A DNA stretch of 64,000 nt from Eledone cirrhosa (GCA_964016885.1 OZ024740.1:307272001-307336000); one strand, 5' to 3'. Shown: positions 39,160 through 55,884, numbered from the stretch's first letter. Notes: generated by a model from the sequence alone, not told the origin. Program-made: numbers and translations.

Positions 39160-40010
39160 TTTTGACTGTCAAAACTAATGTAGGAAAGAAATTCCTTCAC
39201 CTCTTAGACAAACATTTTCCTCATAATCATAGATATTATAAGATATTTAATAGAAATGTAGTTAAAATCAGTTACTCTTGCTGCCCATCAATGAAGTCTA
39301 AAATCACCAATTCTAATCGTACGAGAATAAATCCAGGATACAGTTGCAGGAAGCCGGATGAATGCCCGTTACAGGGCAAATATAATACCAAATCCGTTGT
39401 ATATGAGGCCAAAGTGACACCTTTTATTAATAACCAGCCAGCCAGAAGTGAACGATATGTTGACATGACTCAGGACAGGTTCAACACCAGGTTTTATGCA
39501 CATGTCGCTTCTTTTAAACACTTTGATAAAAGAACTGCAACGGCTCACGCAAATAAGGTGTGGGAATTCAAAGATAAAAACATCCCGCACTCTATCGATT
39601 GGTCTATTTTAAACCATTCGAGGGAATACCAAAGGGGCACAAAGAATTGTTCTTTGTGTACCACTGAAAAATTTAGGATTCTACAAAACTTGAAAGCCAC
39701 TTCAACTTGCCTGAACTCCAAGACCGAGATCTTCAGATGTTGTCCTCATCTGAAATCACATCTGATCTGTAACTGGATTGACATTCCTACAATGACTCAA
39801 CCACCTTGAACTTCTTCTCTGCTCTCTACGCCTTACATCCACTACGATTTTTATTACTTTCTGAACTCACTTTCTGTACTCTTATATTCTGTTTCTCCCT
39901 TATCTCCCCTTATATTTAAACTTTTTCCTATGTTATTTATTTTCCTTATTCCCCCTTACTTTCTACCTTACCCTTTACATACCCACCTTTTTTATTTTAT
40001 AGATATTTAT
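39160..40010 (+). mobile_element. PLE 3' fragment (GIY-YIG region + pyrimidine-rich UTR), same lineage as 1014-2330
   Basis: VKTNVGKKFLHLLDKHFP..KIFNRNVVKISYSC, CPLQGK..SVVYEA..YV, CSLCTTEK..LNSKTEIFRCCPH. Confidence 0.85.
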
Positions 40011-40142
40011 TTCTGTGTGTATGTATGTGTTGTGCATATGTGTATATATGTATATATATAGATATATGTATATATATATGTGTATATAATTGTATATATC
40101 TGTATGTATATGTATGTATATAGTTATATATATCTGTATGTA

Positions 40143-40191
<49 letters not shown>

Positions 40192-40756
40192 TTATATATG
40201 TGTGTGTATTTTTATTAAGGTGGTGACGTAACTTTTTGTATATATGTGTGTGTGTATATGTGTATTTTTATATATATGTATATATTTATATATATATATA
40301 TATATATATATAATAGCCGTCGAAACGGCTTGAGCTCTGCCGTCGGGGTCATACTTTTTCCTATATGTATATATATATGTATATATATATATATATATAT
40401 ATGTATATGTATGTATTTATGTGTGTATTTGTATGGTTGTGTGTGTGTGTGTGTATGTGTGTGTGTGTGTATGTATGTCCATAATTACATACAGAGTGAT
40501 TTAATGTTTATTTTCATTGATTATTTGCTCCAGGAACTTGTTGAGTGCTCTAAATCAGCTATAAACATTTATACCTTTATCTATTTATTTATTTATTTAT
40601 TATTTGTCGTATTCCCAACTATTTGTTTACCCCTTCCACCTTTTTATTTTTATATGTATATAATATTTATGTATTTTCTTATATATATATATAGTAGAAT
40701 AATCGAGTATCGAAAAATCGGCGCACGAGTTCACGATAAACAAAATATATATATAT

Positions 40757-41187
40757 GTAGAGGTTATATTTAATTTGTTGGGATACAACAAGCAAAATAT
40801 TTTTATAACTGATATAAAGCACTCAACAAATTATTGGAGTAAATATACAATATATTAACAAATGGAAACTATATTTATAAAACCATATTTATTTCATTAT
40901 ACATATTTAAAGGGCCACCAGAGCAAACTATGGTGCGCTTTCATCAGATAAAATATAATATAGGTTAGTTTTATAAATAAATATTGACATACCCTTAAAA
41001 AATGCAACCATTCTGGTTGGAATCTCCATGGTTGCATTTTTTAAGGGTACGTCAATATTTATTCATAAAACTAACCTATATTATATTTTATCTGATGAAA
41101 GCGCACCATAGTTTGCTCTGGTGGCTCTTGAAATATGTATAATGAAATAAATATGGTTTTATAAATATAGTTTCCATTTGTTAATAT

Positions 41188-41193
<6 letters not shown>
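40757..41193. mobile_element. Family A pLTR hairpin 1, HHR on the + arm at 41084-41149
   Basis: Inverted arms of about 165 bp. CTGATGA at 41092, GAAA at 41130. Confidence 0.85.
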
Positions 41194-41227
<34 letters not shown>

Positions 41228-41294
41228 AGAGTTAAACAAGGTTCAATGAATACATCAAAGAATGAATTTTACACACATACATATATATATTTGT

Positions 41295-41736
41295 GTGTAG
41301 AAGTTCTATTTAAATTGTTGGGATACAACAAGCAAATATTTTTATAACTGATATAAAGCACTCAACAAATTATTGGAGTAAAAATACGATATATTAACAA
41401 ATGGAAACTATATTTATAAAACCATATTTATTTCATTATATATATTTCAAGGACACCAAGTTAAATTATGGTGTGCTTTTATCAGATAAAATATAATATA
41501 GATCAGTTTTATAAATAAATATTGACATACCCTTAAAGAATGCGACCATGACTATCCGGGAGCTTCCAACAGAAATGGTCGCATTCTTTAAGGGTATGTC
41601 AATATTTATTTATAAAACTGATCTATTATATTTTATCTGATGAAAGCACACCATAATTTAACTTGGTGTCCTTGAAATATATATAATGAAATAAATATGC
41701 TTTTATAAATATAGTTTCATTTGTTAATATATTGTA
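41295..41736. mobile_element. Family A pLTR hairpin 2, HHR on the + arm at 41629-41693
   Basis: Inverted arms of about 160 bp. CTGATGA at 41637, GAAA at 41674. Confidence 0.85.
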
Positions 41737-41770
41737 TATATATATATATATGTATGTATGTGTGTGTGTA

Positions 41771-41884
<114 letters not shown>

Positions 41885-42315
41885 CAATATATATATATGT
41901 ATTTATGTGTATATATATATGTGTGTGTATATGTGTGTGTATGTGCGTGTGTGTGTATGTATATATTTATATGTATGTATGTGTATGTGTAAATGTGTGT
42001 ATTGCTTACCACGTGTGTTTGGTCATTTATTTGTGTCCTTTCCTGTATCGCTGTCAACTTTATAATTTTTATTTTTATTTTCTTAAGTCGTATAATTTAT
42101 ATTTTTATTTTTATGTGACGGCCTATTGCATTATATGGTCGTCCATCGTTTTTTATTTTTATTTTTTATTATTATTTTTTATTATAATTATTTGTGTGTG
42201 CGTATGTAGGTGTGTGTACATATATCTATATTTGTGTGTGCGTATGTATGCGTGTGTATATATGTGTGCATGTATGTGTGTGTATGTACGTGTATATATA
42301 TGTATGATTATGTGC

Positions 42316-42376
<61 letters not shown>

Positions 42377-42412
42377 ATCATACATATATATACACGTACA
42401 TACACACACATA

Positions 42413-42573
42413 CAACTTCTCAGGATCTGCCGCCTCTGTAGCCGTGATGCTTCTCACCTGAAGAAGGGCTTATGCCCGAAACGTCGTCCCCCACCTACCC
42501 CCCACTCTCCTGAGCGTGAATTTAATAAACATTTATTGTACTGCCTCTCTGTTCTGTCCCTGTTCAATTTTTC

Positions 42574-42576
<3 letters not shown>
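42413..42576 (+). mobile_element. Isolated PLE-type terminus with a minimal HHR core
   Basis: CTGAAGA-a-gggc(ttat)gccc-GAAACGTC at 42458-42485 with AATAAA downstream. Stem I is weak. Confidence 0.55.
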
Positions 42577-42632
<56 letters not shown>

Positions 42633-42737
42633 ATATATATGAACGTGTGTGTTTGTGTATTTGTGTGTATGTGTATGTATGGTTATGTATATATATATGT
42701 GTATGTATGTATATGTATATATATATATATATGTGTG

Positions 42738-42789
<52 letters not shown>

Positions 42790-42791
42790 TG

Positions 42792-42858
<67 letters not shown>

Positions 42859-43185
42859 GTGTGTATGTATATATATATGTGTGTGTGTGTGTTTATCTAC
42901 TTTTATACGTATTCTTTTTCCCTTTCGTTCTTCCTTTTCCAGCCTCACTTTCATATAGATTATATTTTTGTTTTTTTTTAAATCCACTGTCAATAAATAC
43001 ACCAGGATTTTTTCATTCTGATGATTGAAAGCCAATTTTGTTTGCTTTCAAGAAACCACTGGTAAATGAAATAATTATCTTATGTTGTTTATTACATAAC
43101 TATTAAGCTCTGTAACCTACATAGAGCACTCTTTTTTCCTGGACCTTTCCGACGGAATTACTTCATTCACACACACACGCGCACG

Positions 43186-43272
<87 letters not shown>

Positions 43273-43659
43273 TTACAGCAAACATGGTGACTAAACGGGG
43301 TGCGTATGCAACGCACCAATCAATAAATAATGATACAATTCGGCTCAAGCACTCAACACGTTTTTCTTCCAAATACGATTTGTCAAACAAATCAGTGACG
43401 GAGTATATGTAGAGTAAGGAGAATGCGAAGTTCGTTGGAGATGTTAAAGAATTCTTTAATAACAAAGCTATGATACATATTTCAATAACGATCGTGGCTA
43501 CGTGATTGATCAGTCAGGTAACCGATCACTCTATCTCATCAGACAGAATCATTATGTAATAAGGTTACGTTTCCGAGGCAATCCAATCGTCATTGAAATA
43601 TGTATCACAGTTTTGTTAATGTATTTTTTAACATCTACACCGAACTTCGTCTTTTCCAT

Positions 43660-44142
<483 letters not shown>

Positions 44143-44215
44143 TATACTCTGCTCTGTGAGAGCATCGAGTGCTCAAACGGCCTACCACATACGGACGCTT
44201 TCAGCATCCCACACC

Positions 44216-45534
<1,319 letters not shown>

Positions 45535-45537
<3 letters not shown>

Positions 45538-45807
45538 AGGACTCTCCAACCGTGAAGGTTGCATTTTTTCAGGGTATGTCAATATTTATTTATAAAACTA
45601 ATCTATATTATATTTTATCTAATGAAAGCGCACCATAATCTGCCTTGGTGGCCCTTGAAATATATATAATGAAATAAATATGCTTTTATAAATATAGTTT
45701 CCATTTGTTAATATATTGTATATTTACTCCAATAATTTGTTGAGTGCTTTATATTAGTTATACAAATATTTTGCTTGTTGTATCCCAACAACTTAAATAT
45801 AACCTCT

Positions 45808-45810
<3 letters not shown>
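45535..45810 (+). mobile_element. Family A pLTR solo copy; HHR core mutated to CTAATGA
   Basis: Collinear with the reverse complement of 40757-41010. Confidence 0.8.
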
Positions 45811-45863
<53 letters not shown>

Positions 45864-45918
45864 GGCTTCTAGAATTGTTTCAATTATATATATGTATATA
45901 TATATATGTGTATACATA

Positions 45919-46018
45919 CAGGGTGTCCCAAAAAATGTATACACACTTTAACAGCATTCTGATAAATATTGCCTGTACAGGTAATCAAAGTGTGTAAACA
46001 TTTTTTGGGGACACCCTA
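45919..46018. mobile_element. Tc1/mariner-type MITE
   Basis: TIR of about 31 bp cagggtgtcccaaaaaatgtatacacacttt/aaagtgtgtaaacattttttggggacaccct, with TA flanks. Confidence 0.85.
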
Positions 46019-46285
46019 TATATATACATGAGTCTGTGTGTGCGTGTGTGCTAGTGTGCTTGTGTGTGTGGGGGGGGGGGGTGCTAGTGTGCTTGTGTGT
46101 GTGTGTATGTGTGATAATGTGCGTGTGTGTGTAGACATATCCAGAAAGAAAGTCAGGAGAGGTATATTGATGTAGTTATTGTCAAATATGTACGTGTGCA
46201 AGGTGTATATACATTAATATATACACCCTATATATACATGAGTGTGTGTGTGTGTGCTAGTGTGCGCGCGTGTGTGTGTGATAAA

Positions 46286-46321
<36 letters not shown>

Positions 46322-46503
46322 CATATCCAGAAAGAAAGTCAGGAGAGGTTAGATATTGTCAAATATGTACGTGTGCAAGGTGTATATACATTAATATATA
46401 CACCCATAAATCTATATCCATGTGTATTAATGGTGAAACATCTTTAGTCACCCATCTGCGTGGACACAATTGCAAATACATATAGGTTACATGAACAGTT
46501 GCG

Positions 46504-46539
<36 letters not shown>

Positions 46540-46998
46540 CGCACACACACACAAATATGCAATACGTGTAACCCATAGAACTTGACTGTATAGTGTGTGT
46601 ATGTATGTATATATGCAACTATGTATGTGTATGCCCATGTTTGTAAATATATAACGTAAGAAGATAGGCTCCATATGTACAGTTCAGTACGCCTGCGCCA
46701 GAATGCTCTCAACATATGTGTTTGCGTGTGCGCAAATGAAAGCGTTTGAAGTCATACACGTGTGCATATATTTTTAATTGTTTTAGTCCATATATTGTTG
46801 TCATGCTCGGGCACCTCATTGATTTAGCCATTCACATGGATCTCAGTGTTTATTCTTTAAAGCCTAGTATGTAATTATATCGATATCTTTTCCTCGAACA
46901 GCTAGGTTATAGGACATAAACAAACACAGACATAAACATAAACACGGCTACACACACACAATTACATGCATATATATATATATATGTATATATATATA

Positions 46999-47055
<57 letters not shown>

Positions 47056-47066
47056 ATATATATATA

Positions 47067-47157
<91 letters not shown>

Positions 47158-47168
47158 ATATATATATA

Positions 47169-47333
<165 letters not shown>

Positions 47334-47535
47334 TTTTAATATAGATGAGATTCTACAGGACTAGAACTGTTTCATTCTTTAGAAATCATCAGGAATCGTG
47401 GATTCCTGGTGATTTTTAAAGAATGAAACAGTTCTAGTCCTGTAGAATCTCATCTATATTAAAACTGTTATACTCTGCTATGTATTGAGTACCTTACTTA
47501 CTGTGGTTACCTCCGATTCAACCCGGAATAACGTA
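47334..47535. repeat. Family B palindrome (3-nt loop) with HHR folds on both strands
   Basis: gattc-CTG(A/G)TGA-ttt(c/t)taaagaat-GAAA-cag(ttctagtc)ctg-TA-gaatc at 47349-47397 (-) and 47401-47449 (+). Confidence 0.85.
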
Positions 47536-47604
<69 letters not shown>

Positions 47605-47785
47605 CGAAGGAAATGTGGTAAGGAACCAGGTGGACCATAACGCACCAAAGTACTCAATACTTAGGGTAGTAGAGTGGGTAATAGGAACCAGTAAGACCCC
47701 GACGACTGAGCTCAAGCCGTTTCGACAGCTAATTCTGATTAGCCGTCGAAACGGCTTGAGCTCAGCCGTCGGGGTCTTACTGGTT

Positions 47786-47848
<63 letters not shown>

Positions 47849-47852
<4 letters not shown>

Positions 47853-47960
47853 TGGCGGACTGGCCAAGTTGTCAGGTTGCCCAATGGCAAGTGGGCCCCA
47901 GGGGGCTCATGGTAGCATTGCGAGAGCCCACAGTAGAATTGCAGGGCCCACTGTAGTAAT
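47849..47960 (+). mobile_element. Probable hAT-type transposon end
   Basis: CAGTGGCGGACTGG start with gggccc subterminal motifs. No partner TIR seen. Confidence 0.4.
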
Positions 47961-49116
47961 TTAGGGACCAATGCGTTGCTTTCAAAATGTACCTGAAATT
48001 TAAGAGAAAGAATAAAATTTTCTAAAAAATAAGTATAACAATTAAGCAAAGCATTTGGTCAACCAATTCCCCAGGGAATTACTAGGAACCCAAATATAGG
48101 ATAGTGTAAATTGCTGGAATCATTGGTTGTACATTCTACTAAATCTAAAGCTTAGTGAATGCAAACATACATATATAGACAGACACACAAGCATATATAT
48201 AAATATATATTTATATGTGTGTGTGTGCATGGCTTATATCACCATATGATTGGGTTTGGTCCAAGCCTCAAGAACGTTATCTCATGTAATACAGTATGCA
48301 CCATGTGCACAGCTGCGCGTGTGTGTACAGATGGGAGGGTATTCATCAAGCATGTGCCTTCGGTAATGTACAAGCATGCACATGCGCGGGTACATGTATG
48401 TATGTGTGTCCACGCAAATATGCATGCGCACGTGTGTACACATGTCTGGGTGGATGTATTTGTATGAACATGTCTGTGTGAGGGTATGAATGCCTATGTG
48501 TAGATACTTCTCTGTTTCATCTGTATATATATGTGCAGTATCTGAACTATACACGTTTCCCTGAGTACAGTGTGTGAGTGTAGATGTGTGTATATTTATC
48601 AAAAATACCTTCGAAATAGCTTTTTTTTAAAGGCTGTTCCAAGCATTCATTTAAAAACGTTCTTTGTACAGAGTTTTGTTCTTTTCGAAATATGTATGTT
48701 TTAAGGTATTCTGAGGCTGTGTTCTTGAAATGTTATGCTAAATATTTTTCTAATTTGTTTTTAAAAATCCCTCCAAGCATTATTTACGGTGATTGTCGCA
48801 TACAATACAGTTGCGGGTGTGTGCGTGATCGGTGTGGGCGAAGGCGCCTACAGACAGAGAAGAAGCCGAAAGGCCACCAGCAGTTCAAGCATACAACCCC
48901 CTACCTACTACAGTAGTAATTCCGATCTAAGAAACAACTTTGATTGACAGGCGGAGAATGAAAAAAACCAAATAGTGAACAACCAAAAGTGGCTAAAAAT
49001 ATCGATGACGTGTACAATTCTTGACCACTCATGGAATGACAACAACAGGATCTAAGCCGACAAGCGAAGGATATCGATGTAAAAGGACATTTGGAAAATC
49101 TGCTTCGTAGAATCAA

Positions 49117-49162
49117 GACGTATCTGAGGACTGTGTCATCAGAGAAACGATTGTAATATGTC
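49117..49162 (+). ncRNA. Family D hammerhead, short (13-nt) stem II form
   Basis: gacgtat-CTGAGGA-ctgtgtcatcaga-GAAA-c(gatt)g-TA-atatgtc. Confidence 0.7.
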
Positions 49163-49205
49163 CAATAAATTCAATTCGTCGCAACACTGATTCTTTTTTT
49201 TTTGT

Positions 49206-49284
<79 letters not shown>

Positions 49285-49344
49285 TTACACACGAACTACT
49301 GACCAAATAATATTTGGTATCAATGGGTTAAAAACCTATGTCAA

Positions 49345-49724
49345 ATCAAGCGAGCGAAATAGGGCTTAGAAAACCAAAGTCAAACAGAAAAACGAATGGA
49401 ATAACAACCATACTCAAACAAAGAATACTGACTTAAGAGAAATATAAATAAATATATACAGAAGTACAATAACAACAAACACATATAAACACACACTAGT
49501 AAACAAAGGTAGAATACAAAAACCAAAACACATACAGCCAAACGCAAACACACACACCAAATATTATACACACACGCAAACGCATGCGCAGAGACGGAGA
49601 CAAAAATAAATAAATAAATAAATAAAATAAAAATGGCGTGAACATTACAATACAACACAATAGGAGGGAACATGATAATAGTATCACTGATGATGTTGCA
49701 GATGTGCAACGAAAGAACTTAGTT

Positions 49725-49819
<95 letters not shown>

Positions 49820-49982
49820 CTGTATTTTTAACATCTGGTCAGTCAATGATAAACATTGATTGCCAAATAAATTAACTATGGAGATATAAAAGATGCAGAA
49901 GCGAAAACCAACCTGAGTGTGTTCTGTTATTATTTCTGGCAATATTATTACAATATGACCCTCCCCAAGTATAACAATATAT
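49345..49982 (+). mobile_element. 3' end copy of the Naiad-like PLE at 60525-64000
   Basis: Encodes ASEIGLRKPKSNRKNEWNNNHTQTKNTDLREI*. HHR core CTGATGA-t-gttgca(gatg)tgcaac-GAAA at 49687-49714. Ends in atgaccctccccaagtataacaatat. Confidence 0.9.
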
Positions 49983-50152
49983 ATTTATATATATCTATAT
50001 ATATATTTATTTAGGTTTGTTGGTTCACCACTGGATAGAATTGGTCATTCCGTATGGTCAATCTTGATGTAATATTATGGAGAGTACTCAACGTAGTGAA
50101 GTTCACCCGTTTTCGTTTGTGTAGTTGGTGGTGCTAATACGGAGTTAATTAT

Positions 50153-50483
50153 TATAAACAAAACAACAGGAGGCTGGACCGGTGCAAATCCCCGAAAAGT
50201 TTATTACACCATGATCATTTCAATGACCGGGTTCCGTATGAATCCGGTGATATCATCAGGTATTCGAAATATAACAAAGGAATATATAAAATCCATGGAT
50301 CCGAAAAATCGTCCTCTCTGTCTCTGATTTTTCGGATCCATGGATTTTATATATTCCTTTGTTATATTTCGAATACCTGATGATATCACCGGATTCATAC
50401 GGAACCCGGTCATTGAAATGATCATGGTGTAATAAACTTTTCGGGGATTTACACCGGTCCAGCCTCCTGTTGTTTTGTTTATA
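50153..50483. repeat. Near-perfect palindrome with 158-bp arms (family F) and HHR-like motifs on both strands
   Basis: 15-nt loop at 50311-50325. atac-CTGATGA-..accgg.ttc(atac)ggaa.ccggt..-GAAA-t(gatc)a-TG-gtgt. Confidence 0.85.
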
Positions 50484-50859
50484 TATATATATGTGTGTGT
50501 GTGTGTGTCAAATGAAGCGTATACATATTGATAATCTGCTGTACTGGAACCGAGAAGACCACAAATCAAAGAAGTACTCAATACATGCTATGATGCAGAG
50601 TGGGTATATTAGTAAAATTAGAGAATCTTTCTAACACACACACAAACACATCTCCCCCCCCCCCATATATATATATATATATATATACACGTATGTATGT
50701 ATGCGTATGTGCGTGCGCATGCGATGTTTTCGCTAAATTTCCTCCTACCATCATCGCCACCACAACTTCACCACCGCTTGCTACATTATTTACTGACACC
50801 ACTAAGAGGACCACAACCACAATCACCATTATTACCAACACTACTAGTTTCATTACCTA

Positions 50860-53800
50860 CCTCAACCACTACTTGCACACCACCACCGCTACCATCACCA
50901 CCACTACAACCATCACCACCACCACCATAAACACCACCACCATCACCACCACCATCACCATCACCACTACCACAACCATCTCCACCATTACAACCATCAC
51001 CACCACCAACACAACCACCACAAACTAAAACTACCATCATCACAACCACCTCCACCACCACCACCACCACCACTACCACCACCACCACTACAACCATCAC
51101 CACCACCACCACAAACACCACCACCATCACCATCACCACTACCACGACCTCCACCATTACAACCATCACCACCACCATCACAACCACCTCCACCACCACC
51201 ACCACAATCACTACCGTTACCACCACCACTACTACAATTATTATCACCCTTACACTTACTACCACCATCAATACTATCATCATCGCCACCCTCTCACCCC
51301 GTCACTTCCCCCACTACCAACACCAAAACTAACTCTTTCTTCTCCCTCTCTAACAGCGCTTCTCAACACCACTTACACTCTTTCTCTCTCTCTCTCTCTC
51401 TCGTCCTCGCCCTCTTCTTTTTCCTCTTTCTCGTCCTCACCCCCCTCGCCCCTCTCTCTCTCCCCATCTCTCCCCCCTCTTTTCTTTCTCTCTCCTATTC
51501 CTCTCTGTATCACACTCTCTTCTATTTCGCTTTCTCCAACCTCTCTCTCTCTCTCCTTCCCCTTCTCCCTCTTTCTCTCTCCTATTCCTCTCTGTATCTC
51601 TCTCTTCTATTTCGCTTTCTCCCACCTCTCTCTCTCCCTCCCCTTCCCTCTCTTTCTCTCTTCCATTCCTCTTTCTCTCTCCTATTCCTCTCTGTATCTC
51701 TCTCTCTTCTATTTCGCTTTCTCCCACCTCTCTCTCCCCCCCTCCCCTTCCCTCTCTTTCTCTCTTCTATTCCTCTCTCTCTCTCTTCTATTCCTCTCTG
51801 TATCTCTCTCTTCTATTTCTCTCTACTGCAACTTAAGACGGACGAAATAAAAAAAAGACAAATATACAAAAGGAAACATTAAACATAAGTGAAGGAAGAG
51901 AATAAAAAAAAAAGGGAGGAGGGTTTCTCGAAGTTATTTTCGGGTGTGCATTATCACCTTTTGACCTCGCTACCCCTACTTCCGAGCTGCTCTGCCCTCT
52001 ACTATAACACCGTCACCAACACCATCACCACTCCCAACATCAACAATACCACCAACACCATTGCCACAATTACCAACAGCAACAACAATACTACCACCAC
52101 CACACCACCACCAACACCAACAATATTACCAACACCATCACCACAACTACCAACAGCAACAACAACACCAACAACAATAACACCAACAACAATAACACCA
52201 CCACAGCAACACCACTATCACCACCACCACCACAGCAACACCACCACCACAGCAACACCACTATCACCACCACCACCACAGCAACACCACCACCACAGCA
52301 ACACCACCACCACAGCAACACCACTACCACAGCAACACCACTATCACCACCACCACCACAGCAACACCACTACCACAGCAACACCACTATCACCACCACC
52401 ACCACCACAGCAACACCACCACTACCACCACCACAGCAACACCACTATCACCACCACCACCACAGCAACACCACTATCACCACCACCACCACAGCAACAC
52501 CACCACCACAGCAACACCACCACCACAGCAACACCACTACCACAGCAACACCACTATCACCACCACCACCACAGCAACACCACTACCACAGCAACACCAC
52601 TATCACCACCACCACCACCACAGCAACACCACCACCACCACCACCACAGCAACACAACTATCACCACCACCACCACAGCAACACCACCACCACAGCAACA
52701 CCACTATCACCACCACCACCACAGCAACACCACTACCACAGCAACACCACCACCACAGCAACACCACCACCACAGCAACACCACTATCACCACCACCACC
52801 ACAGCAACACCACTACCACAGCAACACCACTATCACCACCACCACCACAGCAACACCACCACTACCACCACCACAGCAACACCACTATCACCACCACCAC
52901 CACAGCAACACCACCACCGCAGCAACACCACTATCACCACCACCACCACAGCAACACCACCACTACCACCACAGCAACACCACCACTACCACCACCACAG
53001 CAACACCACCACCACCACAGCAACACCACTATCACCACCACCACCACAGCAACACCACCACCACAGCAACACCACTATCACCACCACCACCACAGCAACA
53101 CCACTATCACCACCACCACCACAGCAACACCACTATCACCACCACCACCACAGCAACACCACTATCACCACCACCACCACAGCAACACCACCACCGCAGC
53201 AACACCACTATCACCACCACCACAGCAACACCACCACCACAGCAACACCACCACCACAGCAACACCACTATCACCACCACCACCACAATCACCACCACCA
53301 CCACAGCAACACCACTATCACTACCACCACCACAGCAACACCACTATCACCACCACCACCACAGCAACACCACTACCACAGCAACACCACTATCACCACC
53401 ACCACCACAGCAACACCACCACTACCACCACCACAGCAACACCACTATCACCACCACCACCACAGCAACACCACCACCGCAGCAACACCACTATCACCAC
53501 CACCACCACTATCACCACCACCACCACAGCAACACCACTATCACCACCACCACCACAGCAACACCACCACCGCAGCAACACCACTATCACCACCACCACC
53601 ACAGCAACACCACCACCGCAGCAACACCACTATCATCACCACCACCACAGCAACACCACTACCACAGCAACACCACTATCACCACCACCACCACAGCAAC
53701 ACCACTACCATAGCAACACCACTATCACCAACACCACTACCACAGCAACACCACCACTACCACCACCACAGCAACACAACTATCACCACCACCACCACAG

Positions 53801-55050
53801 CAACACCACCACTACCACCACCACAGCAACACCACTATCACCACCACCACCACCACAGCAACACCACTATCACCACCACAACAACAACACCACTATCACC
53901 ACTACTACTAACACCACCACCACCACAACAACAACAACAACACTATCACCACTACTACTAACACCACCACAACAACAACAACAACAACACTATCACCACT
54001 ACTGCTAACACCACCACCACCACCACAACAACAACAACACTATCACCACTACTACTAACACCACCACCACCACCACAACAACAACAACAACACTATCACC
54101 ACTACTACTAACACCACCACTACCACAACAACAACAACACTATCACCACTACTACTAACACCACCACCACCACCACAACAACAACAACAACACTATCACC
54201 ACTACTACTAACACCACCACTACCACAACAACAACAACACTATCACCACTACTACTAACACCACCACCACAACAACAACAACAACAACACTATCACCACT
54301 ACTACTACCACCACCACAACAACAACAACACCACTATCACCACTACTACTACCACCACCACCACAACAACAACAACACCAACACTATCACCACTACTACT
54401 AACTCAACCACTACCACAACAACAACACTATCACCACTACTACTAACACCACCACAACAACAACAACACTATCACCACTACTACCACCACCACCACCACA
54501 ACAACAACAACACCACTATCACCACTACTACTACCACCACCACCTCTACCGCTAACAACACAAGAGACTATAATCAGGACTTAGATCTCCACTAAATACC
54601 ATCACTAACAACAATAACAACAATAAATGAAATGACTAACATTAATAACAATAGCACTAACAATGACAATGAAATACACCATAGCCTCACAACACCATCA
54701 CTAGAGTCTCACAACACCGTTACCACAGCCTCACAACACTGTAGCCACACCTCACAACACCGTCACCACAACCTCACAACACCGTTACCACGACCTCACA
54801 ATAACGTCACCATAGCCTCACTACACAGCCACCACAACCTCACAACACCATCCCACAGCCACACAACACCGTCACCACAATATCACAATGCCATCACCAC
54901 AATACCGCAACAACGTCACCACAACCTCACAACACCGTCACCACAATATCACAATACCATCACCACAACCTCACAATAACGTTACAACAGCCTCACAACA
55001 CTGACACCACATACTCACAATAACGTCACCACAACAAAACATTCCCAACA
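50860..55050. repeat. Compound (ACC/ACA/AGC)n minisatellite domain with a polypyrimidine tract at 51380-51825
   Basis: Directly visible higher-order units, e.g. cacagcaacaccactatcaccaccac and acaacaacactatcaccactactactaac. Confidence 0.95.
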
Positions 55051-55837
55051 ACTTCCTCATCAACATACCAACAAATGTCAGCGTAGGACTGGATGTGCTA
55101 GAAACAACAGTCAAATTTACCTGAAATTACCTCAGGACTACAATAGCCAATGTATCCTGGGGGTAATTTACGCAGGGAAAAGATAGGATAGTGGCTCGTC
55201 TTGATTAGGATTGACTTTGAAATTTATATTTGTATTAATCTCCCAAGTCTAGCAATTAACCAGTTAATTTTTTTGATTGTTTTAGTTAATTCTCTTGACT
55301 GATTAATCGCTTAAGTTTATTTTAAAAACTACTCGGTCGCGAGCTTAATTCGTTTTGTGCTATTTTTGCAAATGTTTGCAATGACTACACATACTGAATT
55401 CATTTGCCAAAACTAGGGGTTTTCTCCCTTTTGGAGTTCACATGTGCTTTCGAACACTGTGCAATCCTGGCGCATGCAGAACAAAATGCCTGTTGAGAAA
55501 GTGATATCCGTGATCGATCATTATACCAAAAGCTTATTATTTTTTATAAGCAGACAGTATTATTGATTTAGGTGTCGCAGAAACCCTATATCGGATTTTA
55601 ACATCATTCCCGATGGTCGGGGTAAATATTTCAATCATATCTTATTTTGTTTGAGCAGCTTAGCTTGCTCGCTTTTTTGGCTTAGGTGGTTAATGGCTTC
55701 TTAACCATCGTCTCAGTTTTGTATGGCCTTTTTAACTTATGTTTATAGCTCTGGTATCTTCATATCCATTGAGCGCTCGCCAACACAATTCGGAAGTTGC
55801 GTTTCGCTAATTTCTACTCGCCGAAATGCGATTCTCG

Positions 55838-55884
<47 letters not shown>

